Below the pieces are notes generated by a model. The model was not told the DNA's origin. It searched no databases and saw nothing but the letters and a program-made list of their open reading frames with translations. The position numbers and the translations under genes were made by a program. From Eledone cirrhosa (Eukaryota), in assembly GCA_964016885.1 (NCBI GenBank), contig OZ024747.1, positions 77,004,001-77,068,000 on the forward strand: DNA of 64,000 bases, given 5' to 3'. This document shows, piece after piece, positions 56,613 to 64,000 of the stretch (position 1 is its first letter; each line of letters begins with the position of its first letter).

Positions 56613-57197
56613 AATAATTGCTTCTGATTGAGACAAAAGGCCAACAATTTTGTGGGAGGGGAAAGGCGATTAAATCGACACCAGTGTGTAACTGGTATTT
56701 TATTTTATGGACACCGTGAAGATAAAACTAATCTCAACTCGATTTGAACTCGGAACGTAAAGTGACGTAACTCTATGCTGCAAAGCGTGTTGTCCGACGC
56801 TCTACCGATACTGCCAATTCACCGCCATTTATAATAATGGTTTCTTATATAGGCACAAGGCCAGCAATTTGGGGGGAGGGGAAAATTGATTAAGTCGACC
56901 CCAGTACGTTACTGGTGCTTTATTTTATCGACCCCGGAAGGATGAAAAGCAAAGTTAACCTCGGCGGGATTTGAACTCAGAATGGCAAGGGCCGTAACTC
57001 TATGCGTCAAAGCATGGCATCCGACCCTCTACCGACACTGCCAATCCACCTGATTTAGGCACAAGGCCAACAATTTGGGAGAGGTGAAAAGACTAGTGTC
57101 TGAAACGTTAAGACTCTCTTCTTGTTATTTCAAGCGTTAAACTAATACATTTCTTCCATACACTGTAGCATTTGTTTTGTTATTTCTGTTTACCTTT

Positions 57198-57269
<72 letters not shown>

Positions 57270-57418
57270 TTCTTATATAGGCACAAGGCCAGCAATTTTT
57301 GGGGAGGGGGAAGTCGATTAAATCGACCCTAGTGCGTGACTGGTACTTTATTTTATCGACCCCGTAAGGATGAAAGGCAAAGTTAACCTCGGCGGTGTTT
57401 GAACTCAGATCATAAAGG
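56613..57418 (-). mobile_element. Stack of same-orientation family A SINEs
   Basis: Copies at 56613-56826, 56835-57050, 57052-57090 (3' piece) and 57266-57418. Confidence 0.9.
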
Positions 57419-58434
57419 TATATATAGAAAATTAGATATATAATTCTCAAGGACGATTGTTCTCATATTCACCTCTCTCCACCTCCATCCTCACCCACCC
57501 ACCCCTCCACACATACACACAAATTCTGGTTATTTCTATTTATTGTTTTCGTTTCATTTAGTGAATTATATATTATTACAGAGGGGAGGAAATATTTTCG
57601 AAAAATAAAATGTTTAGTTTTCTTGCTTTTACAATTGTTTCTACCTAATTTCATGGTGCTGAGTTCAGAAATACTCTCAGAAATTTTCTATCATGTCAGG
57701 GTTTTTTGATAAACAGGAATTCATTTTTTACCAAAATATATCAATTTTGCCATTAAATTAGGAATAAATCTATCTTCCTTCTGGTGTTTGACAATAATAT
57801 ATGAATGTTTTGTCTTCATCTTACTGTTCATATAAATCTTTCCTAGAGTACAGCTTCTTGGCTTCCTTCTGAGACTTTTCCTTCCATAAGTGTTTATACC
57901 ATTATTTGGATTTTCAATATCTGAAATCTTCATTTCTGTCATACACTTAAGCAATGAAATACAAAGTAGCTACATATATCTTTAACAGAGCCAGTTGCTT
58001 CGGGAATGTCTTCAAATACAGAAATACCTTACAACGTAAGACATTGCTTTTGAAAGACATCTATCTAGATACCTAGCAAGTTGCTACATTGAGTTAGTCA
58101 GTTGCTGATGGAAACTTGCTACATGAAGTTACCTACTCAGTTGTTGATGGAAAGTTGCTACATAGATTTACCGAATTAGTTGCTGATGCAAAGTTGCTAC
58201 ATAGAGTTATACAGCTAGTTGCTTAGGAAAAGTTGCTTCATAACATATAGTTACATAAAAATACTGATTGACCAAAATGTTGCTAGATATCCCGTTGCTT
58301 CTGAAAAGTTGCTAGGTAGCCTGTTGTTTGTGTAAAGTTGCCAGATAGTCCTTTGCTTCTGAAATGTTGCTAGATAGAGTGACACAACCAGTTGCTAATG
58401 AAAAGTTGCTACATTAAACACATAGTTATGTAAT

Positions 58435-58523
58435 AACTGTTTCTACTTTTGGCACAAGGCCAGTAATTACCCCAGTAATTACTGTTATTTTATCGACCCC
58501 GTAACGATGAAAGGCAATGTCGA
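58435..58523 (-). mobile_element. Family A SINE 3' fragment
   Basis: Consensus match. Confidence 0.8.
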
Positions 58524-58542
58524 AATAATACTGATTGACCAA

Positions 58543-58977
58543 AAAGTTGCTAGACAGCCGATTGCTTCTGAAAAGTTGCTAGACAGCCGGTTGATTCTGA
58601 AAAGTTGCAAGACAGCCGGTTGATTCTGAAAAGTTGGAAGACAGCCGGTTGCTTCTGAAAAGTTGCTAGACGGCCGGTTGATTCTGAAAAGTTGCAAGAC
58701 AGCCGGTTGATTCTGAAAAGTTGCTAGACAGCCGGTGGTTGCTTCTGAAAAGTTGCTAGACAGCCGGTTGATTCTGAAAAGTTGCAAGACAGCCGGTTGA
58801 TTCTGAAAAGTTGCTAGACAGCCGGTTGATTCTAAAAAGTTGCTAGACAGCCGGTTGATTCTGAAAAGTTGCTAGACAGCCGGTTGCTTCTGAAAAGTTG
58901 CTAGACAGCCGGTTGATTCTGAAAAGTTGCTAGACAGCCGGTTGCTTCTGAAAAGTTGCTAGACAGCCGGTTGCTTG
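58543..58977. repeat. 29-bp minisatellite, ~15 copies, with degenerate related units at 58075-58415
   Basis: Unit ttctgaaaagttgctagacagccggttg(a/c). Confidence 0.95.
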
Positions 58978-59178
58978 TAAAACTTTAGGATATTATATTG
59001 ATATGTTGCAACAATAAATGACCAGAAAGATCCTATCTAGAGTTACATACACCCCCACACCATATGTTCCTTCAATAATGTTTCTTTACTTTCTGTGGAA
59101 ACAATTACATAGATACACAACATTTTAGAGTTAAATTGATTAAATATTATGAGATGTGCTGTAGTTGATGTGATTATC

Positions 59179-59246
<68 letters not shown>

Positions 59247-59855
59247 CAGTAGTAGTAGTAGTAGTAGTTGATGTTGCTGTTGTTGTTGGTTTTGTTGCTG
59301 CTGCTGTTGTGTTGTTGCTGTTGTTGTTGTTGTTCCTGTTGTTATTGTTGTTGATGCTATTGTTATTGTTGTAGTTGTAGTTGTAGTTGTTGATGCTATT
59401 GTTATTGTTGTTGTTGTTGCTGTTGTTTTTGGTGTTGATGCTACTGTTGGTGTTGATGCTATTGTTATTGTTGTTGTTGTTGTTGCTGTTGTTGGTGTTG
59501 ATGCTATTGTTATTGTTGTTGTTGTTGCTGTTGTTGTTATTGTTGTTATTGTTGTTGCTGTTGTAGGTGTTGATGCTATTGTTATTGTTGTTGTTGTTGT
59601 TGTTGCTGTTGTTGTTGTTGTTGCTGTTGTTGTTGGTGTTGATGCTATTGTTATTGTTGTTGATGCTATTGTTGTTGTTCCTGTTGTTGTTGTTGTTGTT
59701 GTTGTTCCTGTTGTTGATGGTGGTGGTGTTGTTGATGGTAATGTTATTGTTATTGTTGTTGCTGTTGCTGTTGTTGTGGTTCCTGTTGTTATTGTTCCTG
59801 TTGATGTTATTGATGTTGTTGTTATTGTTGCTGTTGCTGTTGTTGTTGTTGTTGT
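59179..59855. repeat. (TAG)n and (TTG)n arrays
   Basis: Direct inspection. Confidence 0.95.
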
Positions 59856-60536
59856 ATTCGAACTATTCTTGGTAACAGTTTGATTACACCACGTTATCTT
59901 CCTACATCCAGCAGAGAATAGTGAAGAAAATCATTTGTTTAGCTACAGGCATTGTTCCTTTTCTTCCTTCATCCAGCGAAGAAATGATTTATTGGAAGTG
60001 TATATATTCGAAATATGTTGCCGTCATCTAAGTGTGAAGAAATTAACTTACATTTCAAATGTAAATAAATGGTTTCTAGAAGAATACAAGACGTGGAATC
60101 TATATTTGTTAGAAGTATCGCATTACATAATTATTTTCCATCACTTTTTTTTTTCTGGTGGGGCAGCTTCAAAATTATTTCACATCCGGCAGTCTTTACT
60201 CAGTCTGCGAAATGTTATTATTAGATGCGCACATCGAAGTCGGTTTTGCTAATTTCCATACAGTGAGCTATTTCGGAATCCATAAGTTTGTTTTCAATCT
60301 TAACTTTTCGTTTCCTTCCCCTTTACCTAACTTCACACTTTCTTTGTAAGAGTACAAGAGCTTTATGTACGAGAGAGACATAGTCTTTGCATTAACGAAT
60401 ACTTCACAAGTTCGTGTTCAAATGTGATGTAAACCTTGCATCTATATTTTTCAAAGGTTAAAGTAATTTTATGTTTAAACTGGGTAATATGGAATCTTTC
60501 TAGAAAAGTAAACTTTAACCCTTTCGTGATCATACA

Positions 60537-60735
60537 CGAAAGGCGGCTGGAAAATTTCATAGGTTGACCAAGATACTCTCATGGAATGACCAAATGAGGT
60601 TCATTTTTCAACATAGTCACTGGAAGGAAACAATGCATTTGTTAATAAGAAGAGTTGAAATTAATGCATACAAGATTTCACAGCTCTAGCATCACTCTCT
60701 CATAGCCAGCCAATGAACTTTTCAGCTGATTCTCG
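60537..60735 (+). mobile_element. Internally deleted mariner / MITE
   Basis: Imperfect TIRs cgaaaggcggctggaaaatttcataggttg / cagccaatgaacttttcagctgattctcg, followed by TA; mariner-like subterminal tttttcaacatagtc. Confidence 0.65.
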
Positions 60736-61070
60736 TATATAATGAAATATACTACTATGATTTTCTTAAATTTTTGAAAATATTCATGAAACTGTAGAGA
60801 TTTTGGAGCATAGCTTAACAAACTTTCTTTAATGGAATGCTTTTAATTCGATATAAAAACAGTGTTATTTGAAGGTTACGACAATGCAAAATGGACAGTA
60901 GATTTCGGAATAAATTGAAGGCAACAATGATGTTTGTGTACAACATGTTATTTTATTACCTGTCCTAATATTTCGGATCTAAAGACCCTTCGTCAGAAGA
61001 CTATAATAAGAAACTGAGTCGGAGTTCCTACCATTGTTGTCGTTACCGTTCGCGATGCTTCTTCCAACAC

Positions 61071-61156
<86 letters not shown>

Positions 61157-61341
61157 GGTAAACAGAAATAACAACACAATCGGTACAGTATATGGAAGGA
61201 ATATATTCATGCTTGCATGCATACATACACACACACACGCACATATATATATATATATATTTACATATATATATAGAGAGAGAGAGGGAGAGAGAGAGCG
61301 AGAGAGAGAGAGAGAGAGATGGAGAAAGAGTGAGAGAAAGA

Positions 61342-61453
<112 letters not shown>

Positions 61454-62037
61454 AATTTGAAATTCACTACGAATCATTTTTTTTTTTCTGTTTAGTCAAA
61501 TATTTCTATCAATCGATCTCTGTCAATTCCAATGTTTTTCTTTCTCAATTCCTGCCAAATACGATGTAATTTGTTTATCTCTAAAATACTTTGCAACGAT
61601 AAGACACGATTGCTTTAAAATTGCTCTGTCTGCGAATTTTAAGAGACGAAACAAAAGACTGTTATTGGAAGTAAATTATATATTCACAATAAAAAATATG
61701 GTGTTTTCTATATAATTAATATATTAACAAGAGTAAGTATATATTTCCAGCGAGATTTGACTCACTACTTTTTAAAGAAGAACCAGGACAACCAATATGG
61801 AATTAGTTCAAGTTTGGATAATAAGGTAACATCCACGTTAGGGATGAGGGTGAGTTAACGAAAGAACCTGACAACTTTTCATTGGTTGGTAAATACTGTT
61901 ACTGCTGGTCACTACGTACACGCATACATCCCTGCATACATACATATATTCATACATACATGCATACACATACATACATACATACATACATACATACATA
62001 CATACATACATACATACATACATACATACATACATAA

Positions 62038-62450
62038 AATGAAAGCACAACCGCCACCAAATTAAAGCACAACCGGCCTGATATTGTTGTTTGGGACCAC
62101 ACATTGAAAACGTGTTCTGTTGTGGAGATCATCTGCCCACTTGTGTAAACGTTGTCAGAAAAATACAGGAGAAGGAGGACATCTACAGACCATTGATGAG
62201 GAGTTTACAAATCCAGTATCCAAGATACATCTTTAGCTTCATACCCATCATTATTGGAGCTACGGGTTATATACCAACCCGCTTGGACCAAAGTATGATT
62301 GAACTTGGATTTGCGGACAAAGAGCGCAGCTCCCTAATTCATAGTCTACAAATGGCTGCGATAGCTGGCACCTTCAAAATTTGCAAAACATTCTTGCGAT
62401 TCAAGGGATGACAATTTCTTTTCTTTTACAACCTTGCCACCAGGAAGGTG
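62038..62450 (+). pseudogene. R4/Dong-like 3' fragment, REL endonuclease
   Basis: LKHNRPDIVVWD..CSVVEIICP, frameshift, EKEDIYRPL..FIPIIIGATG..ICKTFL; begins directly after (TACA)n. Confidence 0.88.
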
Positions 62451-62479
62451 GCCGGTCAAAAAAATATACTCGAAATTAA

Positions 62480-63070
62480 GAGAAAGAGATATAAATGCAG
62501 GCATAACAGACCATATATTATGATATGGGACAGGGAAAAGAAGGCATGCACAGTAGTGGAAGTTAGCTGTCCAGCAGATGCCAATATAATATCAAAGATT
62601 AGAGAAAAGCAGAATGTTTATGCAGAACTGATGAGAAATCTGCAGATACTCCACCCTGATTACACCTTCAGATTTATACCTGTGATTATTGGGGCACTGG
62701 GATATGTTAGTAACTGCCTCAATACAAATCTTGAGAAGCTGGGCTTCAGAGGAACAGAAAGAACACAACTAGTTAAGAAATTACAAGTACAATCCATTAA
62801 TGGAACAGTAAAAATATGTAAAACATTCCAAAAATGTTTGCATCTAATAACTGCATATACACATGTACATATACAAAGCATATACACATGCACACATACA
62901 ACTCCAAACATACAATAACATCCATATCTACACATGCATGCATGAAGAGATGCAGACATATCTACCTAGTTGATGTTGTGTAAATTCCAATGAGAGTCTT
63001 GTGTCTATGTTAGAAACCGACTCTCTCTCTATTGGTAAACATTTGTGAACTTATAAAAACAGAAGAACAT
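62480..63070 (+). mobile_element. Second R4/Dong-like 3' fragment with 3' UTR ending at (CATA)n
   Basis: CRHNRPYIMIWD..VVEVSCPAD..EKQNVY..IPVIIGALG..ICKTF. Confidence 0.88.
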
Positions 63071-63284
63071 ACATACATACATGAAAACATACTTACACAC
63101 ACACATATATATACATATATACATACATAAATACATACATACATACACACATACATACATATATACATACATACATAAATACATACATACATACATACAA
63201 TTATACATACATACATACATATATACATACATACAAATATACATACATACATACATACATGTATATATGCATACATACATACAT

Positions 63285-63390
63285 ACATATCTACCTAATT
63301 GATGTTGTGTAAATTCCAATGAGAGAGTCTTGTGTCTATATTAGAAACCGGCTCTCTCTATTGGTAAATATTTGTGAAATTATATAAACA
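63285..63390 (+). mobile_element. Extra copy of the R4/Dong-like 3' end within (TACA)n
   Basis: Diverged repeat of 62957-63058 (catatctaccta..gttgtgtaaattccaatgagag..ttagaaaccg..ttgtgaa). Confidence 0.8.
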
Positions 63391-63410
63391 TACATACATA
63401 CATACATACA

Positions 63411-63444
<34 letters not shown>

Positions 63445-63494
63445 CATACATACATACATGCATACATATATACATACATACATGCATACATTCA

Positions 63495-63562
<68 letters not shown>

Positions 63563-63684
63563 AACATACATACATATATACATATATACATACACACGTA
63601 TATACATACATACACATACACATACACACAAATCTATGTGATTACATCATATGTCCCCGCGGGTCCTTTTCTCAAATTTCTCCA

Positions 63685-63695
63685 TCAACAACAGC

Positions 63696-63729
<34 letters not shown>

Positions 63730-63752
63730 TCATCAGAAGCAGCATCAGCAGT

Positions 63753-63817
<65 letters not shown>

Positions 63818-63907
63818 TAGCCCCAACAACAACATAATCAACAACGACAATGACAACAACAATAACATCAACAATAACAACAACAACAACATCAACAATA
63901 ACAACAG
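63685..63907. repeat. (AAC)n array
   Basis: Direct inspection. Confidence 0.95.
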
Positions 63908-64000
63908 CTAGCAGCAATCTCTCCCCAACATTATTCAGTGCAACCAAAAATATGTGCAGTGTGCAAGTAATGCACATTCTTTCTACACGTAGATATGACG

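Noticed and set aside
57721-57954. 77-aa non-repetitive minus-strand ORF as a host exon
   Set aside because: Non-ATG start, no recognisable domain, and no supporting neighbouring exons.

Overview
Eukaryotic, AT-rich, microsatellite-dense window. The SINE families and repeat landscape suggest an octopus or other cephalopod genome (inference). I found no convincing host exon; nearly all long ORFs in the track are simple-repeat artefacts. The real content is a retroelement community living in microsatellites. (1) A near-intact Penelope-like element (PLE) at 47331-51641 has an RT, a CxCx5C/GIY-YIG endonuclease, one poly-C frameshift, and two ~533-bp direct pLTRs that each hold a minimal type I hammerhead ribozyme. 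(2) Several families of short pLTR-like remnants sit in (TA)n/(CA)n arrays, some with well-formed hammerheads (32475-32529, 39250-39325). (3) There are R4/Dong-like REL fragments at (TACA)n, a Tx1/L1 fragment at (GATA)n, RTE, CR1 and mariner relics, about 20 tRNA-derived SINEs, and several minisatellites. The most striking pattern is at least nine near-perfect inverted repeats. Seven involve PLE or pLTR-like sequence and share one geometry: the strand that would be cDNA appears to fold back and re-copy itself. In two of these (33 kb and the full-length PLE) the re-copy extends into host flank, giving an inverted rather than direct target duplication.
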